Source of the DNA: Thelocarpon superellum
Lineage: Eukaryota
Assembly (NCBI GenBank): GCA_026025795.1
Contig: JAPEUG010000180.1
Coordinates: 1-33,013, forward strand
Reading direction: 5' to 3'
Length of the DNA stretch: 33,013 nucleotides
The notes beneath the pieces were generated by a model. The model saw only the letters and a program-made list of their open reading frames with translations. It was not told where the DNA came from and searched no databases. Of the stretch, positions 1 through 12,875 are shown piece after piece. Position numbers and translations under genes: made by a program. Position 1 is the first letter of the stretch; each line of letters begins with the position of its first letter.

Positions 1-1613
1 GCGATGACGGTCAATGGCATAGCAGAGGCCCGGTCGTGCAGGGCTACTCGGTGCATCGTGCGTTTATGCACTTCGTGCCAGCATCGCGCCGCCGTTGCGC
101 CGCACGCTTACTGGTACAGGTGCTTCCGAGCACTGCGTCGCGGCGAGCTGGACGATTCGTTTTTGCGATGCAATTGCATTCGTCCCTCAGCGCATGGACC
201 ATGCCGACGGAGCAAGGGCCTCGTCGGACCTCGGACCCGGCATGCGCGTGCACATCGATTCGAAATGATGTTCGAGACACGCCCGGCAGTCCATCCCCGT
301 CAGGCCCCACCGCGAGTGCGCTCGAGCGTCAACCTGGCCCTGTCCCCAGACACCAGTTGGGACACGAAATGGGCAATTGATGCAGAGCGGTGTGGGGTGG
401 ACTGGATGAACGGTCAACGTACCGGGGAGGGAGACGAGGGCGGCAGCGAGCGGAGCATTGTTGTTTGGGCGAATGACTACGACCTCTGGACTCCGGTCTA
501 CCACGGTGGGTAATAGAAGGATGGGTGGGCTTACTCGTATTATCCCGTATGATCGACCGACGTCGCAGAAACCGCCACGGCAGCTGCCGCATGGTCAGCG
601 TCTCGAGGCCCCGTAGCCACCTAGCTTACCTGGCAGCGTAGCCGTACTCGTCGTCTCGCAACGTCGCCGTCTCGCCATCGCGCCATCACACCGATGGAAG
701 GATGGGCCCTGGTGCAAGGGAAAGTTAAAGTCCCGCCTCTCGCATCTGGCCCCTCGGACGCGATCCCATGACACCCATGCCCAAACCCATGATGTGAAGG
801 GCGGCAGCGGTCGAGGACGGCGGCATGCGGCGTGCATGCTATTCTCGACCGACCAGGGCGGGTGTCGTGTGTCGCGGTGGAGGACCGGCTAGTGTCAGCA
901 GCATCATTACGCTGCCTCGATCGATTGGGCCGGACGCGTCGGTCGTCAAGCCTGGCGGCAAGTGCGCTGGTGCAAGGTCCCAATCCAAATACCGTTCATT
1001 GTGGGCAAAGGAGGTCTAGTCGACTTACGGGTGTCATCGTCATGGCGAGGGCCGGGGTGGACGAGATGGTACCATGGGAATGAGCACAGGTACGAGTCCG
1101 TTGCTGTCCTCCGTAGTGCGAGTGCTCGTACCGGACGAGCACTGGTGGTCGTGAGGCGAGTAATCGGCCCGCCAGCAACGCAGGGTACTCGAAACCTGAG
1201 ACACGCTCTGGCTTCATTAGCCGCCTCGGCTGGCCAGACTAGGCCCACAACGAAGCAAGCGTCAGGAACGCGTCAGGTACGGGCCACTGGTGATTAGGTA
1301 CCAGACGCCGTCAGGGGCAAAAGCTCTCGTTCCTTGTTCCTCTCTCCACGACAAATGCCGGGCGTGTCCATGTAACATTCCAACACGTGAAGCGTGAAGC
1401 GTGCGAGTGCCATCATGGCCCTGGCCGCGCTTCGCCCCTCGCCCGCCGCCCGTCGCTCTTGCCCCGCCCTATCATCCCTTGACAACCCACGCAAGCCGCC
1501 AAACACCCTGGCAGGTCCGACGTCGAGACGTCCTTGGACTCCCTGAAGCGACGTCGGCCTGACGAAGCCAGAGCCGAACCCCCCGCGGCTTCTGGGAGGA
1601 GTCAATGCGCTCA

Positions 1614-1648
1614 CCCGACGCCCGACGCCCGACGCCCGACGCCCGAAG
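1614..1648 (+). repeat. Heptamer tandem repeat (CCCGACG)x4 plus one degenerate copy (CCCGAAG)
   Basis: Read directly: cccgacg cccgacg cccgacg cccgacg cccgaag. Confidence 0.9.
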
Positions 1649-2978
1649 CACGCGCCTCCCGGCATGACAGGCACCGGGGCTCAATCTCGCTTTGCGAAGC
1701 GCAAGCTGTACCGATGATCACCGAACAACGGAACATGCGTCGCACTCGCCGCTGCTTGCCGACGGCCTCGAGGATCCAGCCAGTCTGGAAGACTCGTACC
1801 CGACGCGTTTGAGCGGCTGTAGGGAACACTGTTCGCCGTAGCCGTCGCACTCGTCGGACGAGAAAAGTATCAAAGGACAAGACCGTACAGTAGCGCACGG
1901 TCCATCGCTCGCATGTACGAGGTACATCATCGCTCCGAGACGATCGGCTGCAGGTGAAGAGGATAGGCCCGATGCGTACTGGAGATCCAGGCTCGACCGT
2001 CCATCGCCCGCCTCCCACACCCCCATCACCCTGACCGGCGCCGTCGTGACCGCCACCAAGCCGTCCTCCCCCTCCTTAGCTCCCACCACCACCCACCGAC
2101 CCATCCTTGGTAGAGCATCGCACCACTCCACCCCTCTGGCCCGATGCAGAATAGAGCTCCCGGTCCATCGGCCGGCCAATCGTCCGGCTGCATGCCGGCC
2201 GAGGGAGCAGGGCCAAGGCGGTCATGAAGCGGCGCAGAAGACGATCCCAGGCGGACGATCGACAGGGAGGAGATACCGTTGGGGTCGACCGCCACCCGCT
2301 ACCGGTACCTGCCGCCCGCAACATCGTCCTGGGCAACCAATTGAGCCACATAATAGCCGGCTCCTACACACTTGGACCGCTGGTGTCGGCGTCGCCAGCG
2401 CCGCCGGAAGCCTTTGACCGACCAACCGGCAGACGCATCGGGCCTTGACCGCCATGCACTTATTGTCGCTCAGACAGGCACGGTGCCCTGACATAACATT
2501 ATAGTCCGATAGGGGTACGAACGACACACTTCAGGATCGCAACTTACGTTCGTGCCATGATCACCTGAACGACCCTTTCCTCTGGCGCCATCAATTAAGC
2601 CCCGCTCCCCCCCCCTCCCCCCCATCATCTACCCCTACATTATGGCAGGCTACTTTACCTTTTATCTTCTCTAACCCAGCACGTTGCTTCGCGGGAGAAG
2701 GCACAAGGCGGGGACGAATAAGGCCGAATAAGGACGTGGTCGTCACATATGGCCGTAGCACGTCCCGAGCGTAGCTCCTCGCTCCCTCCGACATGCCCTG
2801 CATCCAGATTGCATACTTTGCCTTATTCGTCTTACACTATCATGCGCCTTTCACCTTTTTCTTTTTCCTCCACGCGATCAGGCGAGCTTTTCTTGGCAGG
2901 GCAGTTGTAACTCAGCCGGGCCCTCATGCGGCCCAGGTCGTCAGGAGGATGTGGGGCTTGCGTGAGGGAGGATGCTCC

Positions 2979-2996
2979 GTCGTCGTCGTCGTCGTC
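2979..2996 (+). repeat. (GTC)6 microsatellite
   Basis: gtcgtcgtcgtcgtcgtc read directly. Confidence 0.85.
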
Positions 2997-3075
2997 GCTA
3001 TCCATCGGTGCCAAGATCATGCCTATCGCAATGAATAGCGCAGTGCCACGACTATCGTGACGTACTAACTCCTGG

Positions 3076-3093
3076 CTATCGCGATCGCGATAG
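3076..3093. repeat. Perfect 18-bp palindrome CTATCGCGATCGCGATAG
   Basis: The sequence equals its own reverse complement. Confidence 0.9.
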
Positions 3094-3109
3094 GCGGGTT
3101 AGAGTTGCG

Positions 3110-3360
3110 GTATCCTTCCATCCTTCCTCCTTCTCCGTCTGCTTCTCCCTCCTCCTCGCCTGCCTTTACGCCTGCTTACCTCTGCTTCCTTCCTTCCTTT
3201 CTCTCTCTCGTTCTCTTATCCTTTACTCCTTCCGCCGGCTCGTCCGCCTGGTTGTTGTTTCGCCGCCTCGCTTGGCTCCCTGCCCCACCACTCGCCTCCT
3301 TTACCCCTCTCCGTCTCCGGCTTCTCCTCCTTTATTTTCTCTCTGCCTACCTGCCTATCT
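3110..3360 (+). repeat. Polypyrimidine (C/T-rich) low-complexity tract
   Basis: About 250 bp dominated by C/T on the + strand. Most of the few A residues sit in TpA. Confidence 0.8.
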
Positions 3361-3883
3361 CAGCGTCTCCACGTCAGCCCTATGACTCCCGCACCCCGTC
3401 CTCCGTACCGCACGGCAGCTAATTCCTTCTACCATACCTCTACCATACCTGCGGTACGCAAGGTATAGGTACGAGACCACACCGTGCCCTTACTACTGAT
3501 CCGCAGGTACTTGTGTAACACAGCAGAGATCCAAGTCGTGCATCTGTTCTACTCTCTGATCTACCCTGTTCCTTTCGTCTACTATTCCGAGAGCAAACGA
3601 AGGTTTGAAGATGCCATTATCGGGAGCCAGCCAGCGGAGTGTCCCTCGTGACTGGCTTATCGCTGTGCCGTGCCGTGCTAGATACGCAGCCACAATGGCG
3701 ATGGCAGTGGTCACTGTTGTGATAGATCCGCGACGCCTCTTCGGGCTATTAGGTAGACGGAAAGACTTCTTCGTGCGGATTATTAAACGTGACCGTATGT
3801 TTAAATATTTAATATAATTCGATTCGATTTTTGCTTCCAGGCGCTCAAGTTCGAGGGCCAGATAGACAACTCAGATCAGCAAA

Positions 3884-3923
3884 CCAGCCAGTCAGCCAGC
3901 CAGCCAGCCAGTCAGTCAGTCAG
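3884..3923 (+). repeat. (YCAG)10 tetranucleotide microsatellite (CCAG/TCAG mosaic)
   Basis: ccagccagtcagccagccagccagccagtcagtcagtcag read directly. Confidence 0.9.
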
Positions 3924-4347
3924 TCGCCTTATCAAGCAACTAACTAGTAGTCATATCCCTTACGATCTCACCAGCTCATGAACTGAACGCCATCCATCCA
4001 ACAACCGTATCCTATCCCATGGCCCGTATCCCCCTCCCCCAGACTTCTCTTGTACCTTTCTCCCTTCCCTTCCCTTCCCTTCCTGCCATTGCCATTCCAT
4101 CCAATATGTAAGACGCGATATGCAAAATCAATGTGTAAAGGAGGGTAGATGGCATAGCCGTAAGCAGGGTCTCTCATCGCAAAGGAAACACCCCGACCCA
4201 AGACGACACGCGATGATGACGCCGGAGATGCCGCGAGGGGGATCAAAAATGAAAGGAAAGGAAAGAAACGCAGACGGACGCAGGGTGAAAAGGATCGAGT
4301 GCCAGTCATCGTGTACCAGTCATCGAGTTCTATCGATGATGGTTACG

Positions 4348-7300
4348 TCACCGGCCCTCTTCCTCGTTCCTCGACTTGTCTAGTAGGTCTTGCATTTCGC
4401 TCTTCTTCAGCGACTTCCAGTCAGAAGAAGCAGAAGATTCGCGGGTAAAGGCACGACTGTTGTGAAGCTCGCTCATCGACGCGGCGTCGAATCGTTTCCG
4501 TAGTGCGGCATCGTGCTCATATTCTTGGAAGATAATCACCTGCGCTTTGTGAGCCACGTCTTCTCCAGCTGAATTAAGAGAATAGAGAACTTACGTCCGA
4601 TGGAGACCAGGCCGATCGGACTGATTGCACCCCTAATTCGTAGATGACGCATGCCAGGATGATGAAGATGATCACCAGCCACCATGATGGATCGTTGCCG
4701 AACCGGTGCAAGATCCCGCCGCGCACGTCATAGATAGTGCTGTTGCGATAGAGGCCGGAGAGGATAATATTCCACAAGAACCAGCCCCCGATGGAGAGCA
4801 AAAATGCAAGGCCGACCACGAACGATTTGTGGTGCGTCTCAATAAACCTATCCATTTGTCAGCCATATCTTGACGAGAATGCGGCGTGCAGGGTGACTGA
4901 CAGGATCTTCGTCGCGATGACCACAACGCAGGAGGTATAGACCGCGAGGCCGATCGCGTACACGTCCGTATCTCGTCCTGAGAGGGGCAGGCCGTAGAGG
5001 ATGAGCATCAAGAAGAAGATCAGGATAGCCTCCGTCACGGCCATGAACACCCAGCTGAGATAGACGCGGAGGTTGAAGGCTTCGCTGAGCCGACCGCGCG
5101 CGTACAGCTCGGGCACCGCGAGTAAAGTGGAGGGGAGCAGGTCTTGCTCAAAGATGCCAATAGCAAGCACAGGCAGGGACGTGAAGAGCGTGTTGAACAT
5201 TGTCAGTGTCCACGATTCGTACAGACTGGTGCCGGTGTATCCGTTCCATCTTTGGTATAGCGCTTGGGTCAAGTAGAACAGCATCTCCTTCCAAAAGGTC
5301 GCCAAGGTGTACTTGCACGTCCGGATGTAGTTCCATCGCCCATGCACGAGGAGCAGCTTGAGCAGGAAACGGAATTGCGCGATGGAATAATCCGAGATGC
5401 GCGCCGCTTGCAGGCCTTCTTTGCCCGTGATGCCGATGCCCACGTGGGCCTCTTGGATCATAGCGATGTCGTTGGCGCCATCGCCGATCGCCAGCGTAAC
5501 CGAGTGCGAGACCGTCTTGCGGATGACCTTGATAAGAGAGGCCTTCTGGCTAGGGCTGGCGCGACAACAGATGACCGAGTCCGCTTGCACGGCGAGGTCG
5601 ACGAACAGCGACATGAGCGGCCCGTGCTCTTGAATGACGGTGAGCGTCTGGCCATCGACCACCACCACCGCATGCGCCACGTTCCCTCCGTTGATATCGA
5701 GGAGCGACGCGGCGATGAGCTTCTCGAGATGTCCACCCTCGTGATCCAGAACCGTGACGGACGAGTAGTCCTTGATCAGGCGGCAGGAGTGGCCGACATT
5801 GATGGCCGTCTCTCGCTTGTCGCCCGTCAACATCCAGATCTTGATGCCGGCCCGTCGTAGCTTGTCAATCGCCTCAGGGACCCCCTCTTGCAGACGGTCT
5901 TCGATCGCCGTCGCACCCGCCAGTTCGAGATCATGCTCGATCATGGCCCCGGCGCGTTCCATTGCGGCCTGGCGATCGACCAGACTGGTTGTTGCCTCCA
6001 GGTAGACCTTCCTCCACGTATTGTACTCGCCTTCGCTCAGATATCGATAGCCGTAGAGGAGGGTCCGCAGTCCCTCCGTCGCAAAGTCGTTGATGTGTTG
6101 GAAGCATCGCTCAAACACGAGGTGCTCATCCAGCATCGCGTCGCGGTGGAGAGCATCATCGCTGCTCGTGCGCCCACGGGACGCCGTCCAGTCCACGCTT
6201 CCTAGCGACGGACGCGACTCCAAGTGTGTCGACGCGCGTGGTGACTCATAGATGGCATCGTCTCCCACCGACGAGAAGTCAACGTCATGCTCCCGACTGG
6301 TCAGCCAGCTATCGACGCCGTCGCGAATGGACCGGAGCCGAGTGACGTTGGTGCTTCGTCGACTGATGCCGCCAATGCTGTGACGGCTGAGGGTCAAACT
6401 CTCCCGAGGCTCAATCTCGCTGTTCCGTCGGATGGCTTCCTGTGCCTCCATGCCTTTCCGTCGATTGGCGCGGCGCTCAACCTCGACGGCCTTGTCTCGC
6501 GCGAGCGTCGCCGCCCTCAGCAGATGCATTAGCGTCGAGTCGGCCCCTTTGCTGATGAGGCAGATTTGCTGATTGGGGAAGCGCACGACGACCGACATCC
6601 TCTTCCGTTGACTGGAGAATTCAATCACGTCAAGGATCTGGTAGAGCTCCAGCTGCGGCTCGCCGTTCGGGCTCGCCGTCCCGGTTTTCAAGGTGATGGT
6701 GCCGGCCTGGCGGTCGACCATCATGTAGCCTAGTTCACGTGCTGCCTGGACGAGGGCCAATTCATCGGGGGATGTGGCCTGGAAGGCGATCTCGCCGTCA
6801 TCCCGCCTTTCGGGCAAGCAGGTATGACACAAGGCCATGGCCAGCAACAAGAAGCGAGTCGTGTGTGCGAAGGCGGACTGAGGATGTCGCTGCAGCGAGT
6901 CCAGCAGCTGTTCCGTGTCCAGCTCGGGCTGAGACCTGGATGGTATCGCCGTAGACTTCCACCGAGACATTGTCGAGCTTCTCCGGGAGACGTCCGTCGG
7001 CCCCTGAGGCTCGTCGCGGCCCGGGGCCTTGCGTGAAGGCGATGCCGCCTGCTTTCCCTTGCAGCCGTCACGCTGCATCGCGTCCAGACCGGCGCGCGCC
7101 GCGGCTTCTTGCTTAAGATCGACATCATGCAGCCAGGCAGTTCCAGCGACGCTCAGCTTCCGAAAGCGCATGGAATTGTTGGTCAGGGTGCCTGTCTTGT
7201 CGGAGAAGATATAGCTGACTTGGCCTAGCTCTTCGTTGATCGTAGACGTACGAGGCTCCATGGGCGTGTCAGAAGCGGCATCGTACATGTCAATGTCCAT

Positions 7301-9274
7301 CATGAGAAAGACCTGAGCCAGCTTGATGATCTCGAGGCTCACGTAGAGCGAGAGAGGAATCATGGTGTTGAACAGGATGATGAACGAGGCGAAGATGGGG
7401 AAGAAGGGAACGGTAGCATGCGCCAAGTACCAGGAACGGAACTCGGTACGCCGGAACCAGACGAAGTACGCGGCAGTGTTGAAGATGGCTAAGGCCAAGA
7501 CGAAGAGTACGATGAGGACGACGATCTGGTTGACCCTGGTCTGTAAGCTCGGTGCCTTGATGCGCGGGTTTTTGGTGGCGTTCATCCGGATCTTGCACTC
7601 CTCGCCCGCGTTGACGACCAGCCCATACGCCTCGATCGTGTTCCGGAGCACGCTACCGCGGTAGAGAATCTCGTTGTTGGTGAGCGCGTGGGTCTCTCCC
7701 GCCACGCCGACCTTGCCCTCGAAGCTGTAGAGATCAAGATTGGGGTCTTCCACGGCGAAGCGGGCACGGCACTGGGAGATACGTTCGGTGTCGGCGCAGC
7801 TCATGGCCAGCACGGGGATCGCCCGTTTGCTCTTGAGATTGGTCTCGCCGTCCAAGGCTGTGGTCTCAACGTAGGCAACGCCGTTCGGCCCTTGTGCGTG
7901 TAAAAGGACCAAGTCTGCCGGGACGGCCTGGTCTCGAAGCAGGCACACCACGTCACCGACCTGTACCTCGCTCCACTTGACCGATGTCCATTGCGGTGGA
8001 CCGCCCATGGTAGGGCCGGCGGGCTCCGCACCCACGGCCTCATCCGAGGCTTCTCCGATCGCTGATATGGGACGTGAGGCGCGCAGCACCAAGGTATCTT
8101 TATTGTTCTCCACTTTATCCAATCGATAGCGGCGAAGATCCTCGTAGCCCTCCTTGGCCATGGAGATGCTGACGAAGAACATCAAGGGAATAATGGTGGT
8201 ATAGGTACCGGTGGTACTCAAGGTGGGAATCATCTGCAGGATGGAGACGCACAAGAAGTAGAAGTTGGCCACTTTGGAAAATTGGGCAAAGAGCTGTCGG
8301 GGGAGGAAGTTCCAGGGAGTGTATCGGCTTGACCGGATAGCATTGGTCGCGTATTCCCTTTGGCATCGCACGTCCAGCAAAGGTACGGTGCGCAGGACGT
8401 CCAGATCGATCTGCCGACCCCCATCCGTGACCCGAGGCTCGGATATGCCACGCACTTTCTGTTGCAGGCTATTGAGTGAGGCTCTGAAGATGCTGGCCAG
8501 ACGGGGGGCGGTCACATTCCCGTGCACGAACGCTCCGCGTCTCGGAGGGCTGGTGGGTAGCCTGTGAGGCAAGGAAGCGGGCTCCTCGTCCGGGGCGGCA
8601 GCAATGCTGATGACGGTGTCCCCCAATTTCTTCCTCCCTTGTTCTCGCCCATTGGATGGTGGGGAACGTGAGACGGTCGACTTGGATGGACCTGCCGCCT
8701 GTAGCTCCATGACGGCGCCATAGTCGCCGGTCGCCTCGTGCCTCAGCCCGGTCTTCGACGGCAGCAATCGCCGCCAAGTGCGCTCGTTGCTTTTCGTCTT
8801 AGGGGAGAATGGGGTATATGCCGACGTGGGAGAGTCGTCGAGGGGCCCGCCGATGAGGGAGACGTCGACATTGGTAGGGGTATCCAGCGAGAGCGGCGCG
8901 AACGTCCGAGGCTGGGATGAGATGATGCCTGCTGGGCCGGCCTTGCTGCCCTCGGGTTCTCGTGGATCCAATGCGGGCGACTCAGGTATTGCGGGGGTAA
9001 AGCGAGCGACATCCTCGGAGAATCGGACCCGGCCTCCCGGTTTCGGAGCGGATGGAGACCTGGCCACGGAAGCCTCATCGCCGGCAGAAGATGCTGATGT
9101 GACGGGCGCCTGCGGATCACTCGCCGTCCGCCGTGGAGCGTGGGCGTCGGACGGAAGGGTGGCATCCGGTGGAGTATGGGTGAGGGTGTCGTCGAGTAGA
9201 TCATCTGTTTGCTGCGATGGCCGACGCCTTCGCATGCCTGCATGCCCCACGCCGTCATCTTTCACGCCGGCCAT
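4348..9274 (-). CDS. DNF3: Phospholipid-translocating P4-ATPase (flippase), DNF3-like
   Basis: 1471-aa ORF with DGETNLK, PLSLYVSLE, FSDKTGTLT (phosphorylated Asp), MLTGDK and IGDGAND motifs. Exons 9274-4902, 4847-4595, 4539-4348. Introns 4901-4848 (GTCAGT..GCTGAC..TAG) and 4594-4540 (GTAAGT..GCTCAC..CAG) restore the C-terminal membrane segments (FIETHHKS..., VIIFQEYEHD). The DNF3 subfamily call is inferred from the long N-terminus and large cytosolic insertions. Confidence 0.93.
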
Positions 9275-10338
9275 GATGTGGGCTCCGTCATCGGTCCGGG
9301 CCGCAGCGGATTCCTCCGAGTCGCTGACGGAAAGGCGGGCACGGGCTGGCCGGACACATTCAGATGCCGCCGAGTAGAGGCGACGGTGAATTGGCGGCGC
9401 TGGGAGGCTTTCGACCCACGGTACGAAGTACGTCGTGATGGCCGGTGAATTAAGCCGGACGGAGCGTTGAGTGTCACCGCGTTGACTACGAAGTGCATGG
9501 GTTACGTCTCAGACTCATGGACGAGGCCAGCACGGTCGAATGGGGCTCGACTACGCCGCCTCAGCATCAGTCTCGCCGCCGACGCACTGACGTCCAGATT
9601 ACTCGGAGGTGGAGGAGCCGGATGGAGTAATGCGGGTTCGTGGCGTGGGATGAGCACGCCAGGTTCCCATCGAGAAAGGCAGCTACTTAGCGCCGCGGGC
9701 TGATCCGCCGGTTCGATAATTGCCAGACTGGCGACCGTGCGCTTCTACAGCAGGCTTGCCCACGCGGCGCCCAACTCTCACCCCAAGCATGCCATTCTTT
9801 ACCTCCCGCCCGCTGCTCATCCCATGACCTTACCAGTCCTTGGTCTTCCAAAGGCCGGGAATCCACGCAGTCCGGATGACCTCATGGACTGTGGCATGAT
9901 CAGATGAGTCCCATCCCATGGCAAGCGCAAGCCCACGTCATGTCGGCGGATCATTGGCGGCGGACGAAGCACGCGGCTGCGTAAGCCACGACAGATTGGC
10001 GAGGGAGGCGAGCACAAGCAGAAGGTTAGTCAATTCGGGAGGTTCGGGGTAGATTGGACCCCACCGTCGAGCATCATCCGTGCAACTGGTGTTCAGCCTC
10101 GGATGCGCGGCCGAACGTGGTCGGTCAGGCTGCGTTTTCGATGGGAGGGGGCCAAACTGATGTTGGGCTGCTACTCGTAGTTGGAAACTTATCTAACTAC
10201 CATGTCACGCCGTCCATGTCTTGGTGCAGATGGGGGCTGGAAAGGACGAGAGCGTCGATGGCGTTTCCACCAAAGACTTGCACGAAGTTCTTACTCGTTT
10301 CTCGGTTCGGTCGGCTAACGGCAACGAGTCTTTCGCCA

Positions 10339-10370
10339 CAGTGGAGGTCAGTCGAGGTCAGTGGAGGTCA
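10339..10370 (+). repeat. 10-bp tandem repeat CAGT(G/C)GAGGT x3
   Basis: ca gtggaggtca gtcgaggtca gtggaggtca, lying between the AACS 3' end and the P4-ATPase start. Confidence 0.85.
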
Positions 10371-10659
10371 GCGTAGCGGATCAATGTTCCTTCGCTCCTT
10401 CATTCCTTGTTCTGCTCTCCGCGAGCCGATTCTCGCAATTACCGAGACACAAAGTACCCATTCCAGGGAGGACGAAAGCTGACGTTATTCTCGCACGTGG
10501 CTAGCCAAGACTCCCGATATTACATCGGTGGTACGAAGGGATTGTTGTCCAGAGAGGCGTACGTCATCTACATGCTTTCCTAGTGCGCCTTTCCGTGCCG
10601 TGACATGCCACCGCGCCCATGATCGTGATCGGTGGCCTGGTCCTTGCCACTTGTTCTGG

Positions 10660-12875
10660 CTAAGGGTGATCTAAGGCCCACTGCCGATACCATTCCAGAC
10701 ACCCGACGTTTGCGACAGATGCCGAAATCTTGATAGTCGTTCCACAGAGGATTTGCTTCACCGCAACCTCGACCCTGCACGCGACCGTTAGTCAAAGGCA
10801 GCGACCTCGGCGAGTCTCCCGTGACCGGGAAGAGGCCTACTTTTTGCCATTCATCGTCACGGGGATTTCCAGGCATTCATCCACGATTCCGGGAACATGT
10901 CTGGCACTCAGTTCCTTCCGGATAACATCGCGGATGCGCTGTGCTAGACCGTCGTCAAAGCGGCGGCCTTCAGCCACTTTGACGAAGAGCACCACCGTCT
11001 CGTCCATGTCGTGTTCGCGTCGTCGTCCGATGCAGAGCGCATCCACTATCTCGGTCGAGAAATGCTCGAGTAGCACGTTATAAATCTCGGCACTGCCGAA
11101 TCGGACCCCGGCTGGTTTCAAGACGCCGTCACTGCGACCAAGCATGACCATGCCGCCTGTGTGGGGGTTGATGCGCACAAAATCTCCATGATGCCATACC
11201 CCCGGAAAGGTCTCAAAGTAGCTTCGCCGATACTTCTCCGCGCCTTCCGCGCCCCAGAACATCACCGGCTGGCATGGAAACGGGAGCGTACAGACCAGAT
11301 CTCCCGGAGCGCCCGAGTCGGTGATGTTGGTCCCGGCACTATCCCAGACCTCTACGGCCATGCCGAGGCCCCGCACCTGGATCTCTCCGGCGTAGACCGG
11401 AGAGAGTGAGGACGGTGCCCCGAACAGGGAAACAATATCGGTCCCGCCAGTGATGGAGCCAAGATTGAGATCCGGCCCGAATGCGCGATAGACATACTCG
11501 AACGTGGACGGTGCCAAGGGACTGCCCGTGCTGTAGATGGCCCGTAGTCGAGACATGTGCACCGTGGCCTTGGGCGCAATGTTCTTCTGTTCTAGCAAAG
11601 AGAGGTATTTGGCCGACGTACCAAAGTGCGTGATGCCCAGCTCCTCGATCAGTAACGGCATAGCCATCTCACCGTGGCCCTCGCCATCGAGCGGCCGAAA
11701 AGGTGACCCGTCGTAGAGGACAATCGTGGCGCCGCTGGCTAAGGCCGACACCAGCCAGTGCCACATCATCCAGGTGCACGTCGTGAAGTAGAAGAGTCGA
11801 TCGCCCACACGGATGTCACAATGGATCTGATGTTCCTTCTTGTGCTGAATAAGGGTCCCAATCGCTCCGTGGACGATGCATTTGGGTTCTGGCTGGGATT
11901 AGGGGCGGAGACCCCACCAGAGGAGGGGTGGGGCGGAGAGACGTACGTCCTGTCGTGCCGGAAGAGTACAAGATGTACACTGGATGGTCTGGTGGTAATT
12001 GAGCAAATGTGAGAGGAGCAATATCCGCGCTCAGGCCAAGGAACTCATCGTAGGAGAGCGCCCGGGTGTTTGGAAGCATGACGTTGGTGGAGGGGTGAGT
12101 GGCGACGGTGGGGAAGATGACTACGGCCACAACGCTGGATAGGTCAAGCACAATCTCGCGCACTTTGGCCAGCACGTCGTGCGTCTTCCCGTTGTACAGG
12201 ACGGCATTGTCAGCGAAAAGTAACATGGGGCTGATCTGCCGCAGTCGCTCGAGGACTGCCTGTGCTCCGGTGTCGGGAGAGATCCCTGACCAGATGGCTC
12301 CCATGGAGGTGGCGGCCAACATGGCCACCAGCGCATTCGTATGGTTGGCCACAAATCCTGCGACCCGGTCTCCCATGTGGACTCCGAGCTCATGCATGGC
12401 CGAAGCACATCGGCGCACCCGCTCACGCAATTCCCGCCACGATACCGTTGCCCGACCTTCCTCCGTTGCCGCGATCACCGCGGCCGCATTCTCAGCCACA
12501 TCTTTGGGCGGGTACAATAAATTCTCCGCGAAATTGAGGAGCGCCCCGTCAAAGAAGGCAGGACGTGGAAACATCGGCGCGTCCTCTTTCAGGGCCTGCG
12601 CGATGCCTGTCAGTGCATTGGCGCGCTAGGCGCCCGGGGGGAGTGACCTGTTGGTACGGCCGGGACGCGATGACCCCGGTGAAGTGCCAGATTTCTTGCC
12701 AAAAACAATTCACATTGTGGAGACTCCAGACATAGAGATCATGATATCCGGGTAGGATCACATGATATCTTTGGGAGATCAGGTCCTTGAACTGGTTCAT
12801 TTGGGTGCTTGCGGGGGACGCATGTCTCCACAGTTCGCGCGACATGGATTCCCTGGACCCCTCCTTCGGATCCAT
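10660..12875 (-). CDS. AACS: Acetoacetyl-CoA synthetase (acetoacetate-CoA ligase, AMP-binding family)
   Basis: Motifs LNFAENLL, YILYSSGTTG-QPKCIVH, FTTCTWMMW, GSITGGTD, WHHGDF, GRSDGVLKPAGVRFGSAEIY and NGKKVEVAVK. Exons 12875-12648, 12595-11947, 11888-10841, 10774-10660. Introns 12647-12596 (GTCACT..CTGAC..CAG), 11946-11889 (GTACGT..CTAAT..CAG) and 10840-10775 (GTAGGC..CTAAC..CAG) all restore the frame. Confidence 0.92.

Noticed and set aside
1..2590. Many overlapping 60-170 aa ORFs on both strands
   Set aside because: They are Arg/Pro/Ala-rich with no recognisable motif or consistent exon chain, as expected by chance in high-GC intergenic DNA.
2599..2623. Poly-C run (potential G-quadruplex on the minus strand)
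   Set aside because: A single homopolymer-like tract with no linked feature is too common to support a claim.
3105..3422. 105-aa hydrophobic ORF resembling a membrane protein
   Set aside because: It starts at TTG and its Leu/Ser/Pro/Phe content simply reflects the polypyrimidine tract.
9700..9730. GGTTCGA T-loop-like motif suggesting a tRNA (similar strings near 16962 and 32736)
   Set aside because: There is no T-stem pairing, acceptor stem or A-box at the expected spacing.
10339..10370. AGGTCA direct repeats spaced by 4 nt (nuclear-receptor DR4-like)
   Set aside because: Fungi lack nuclear receptors, so a 10-bp minisatellite is the simpler explanation.
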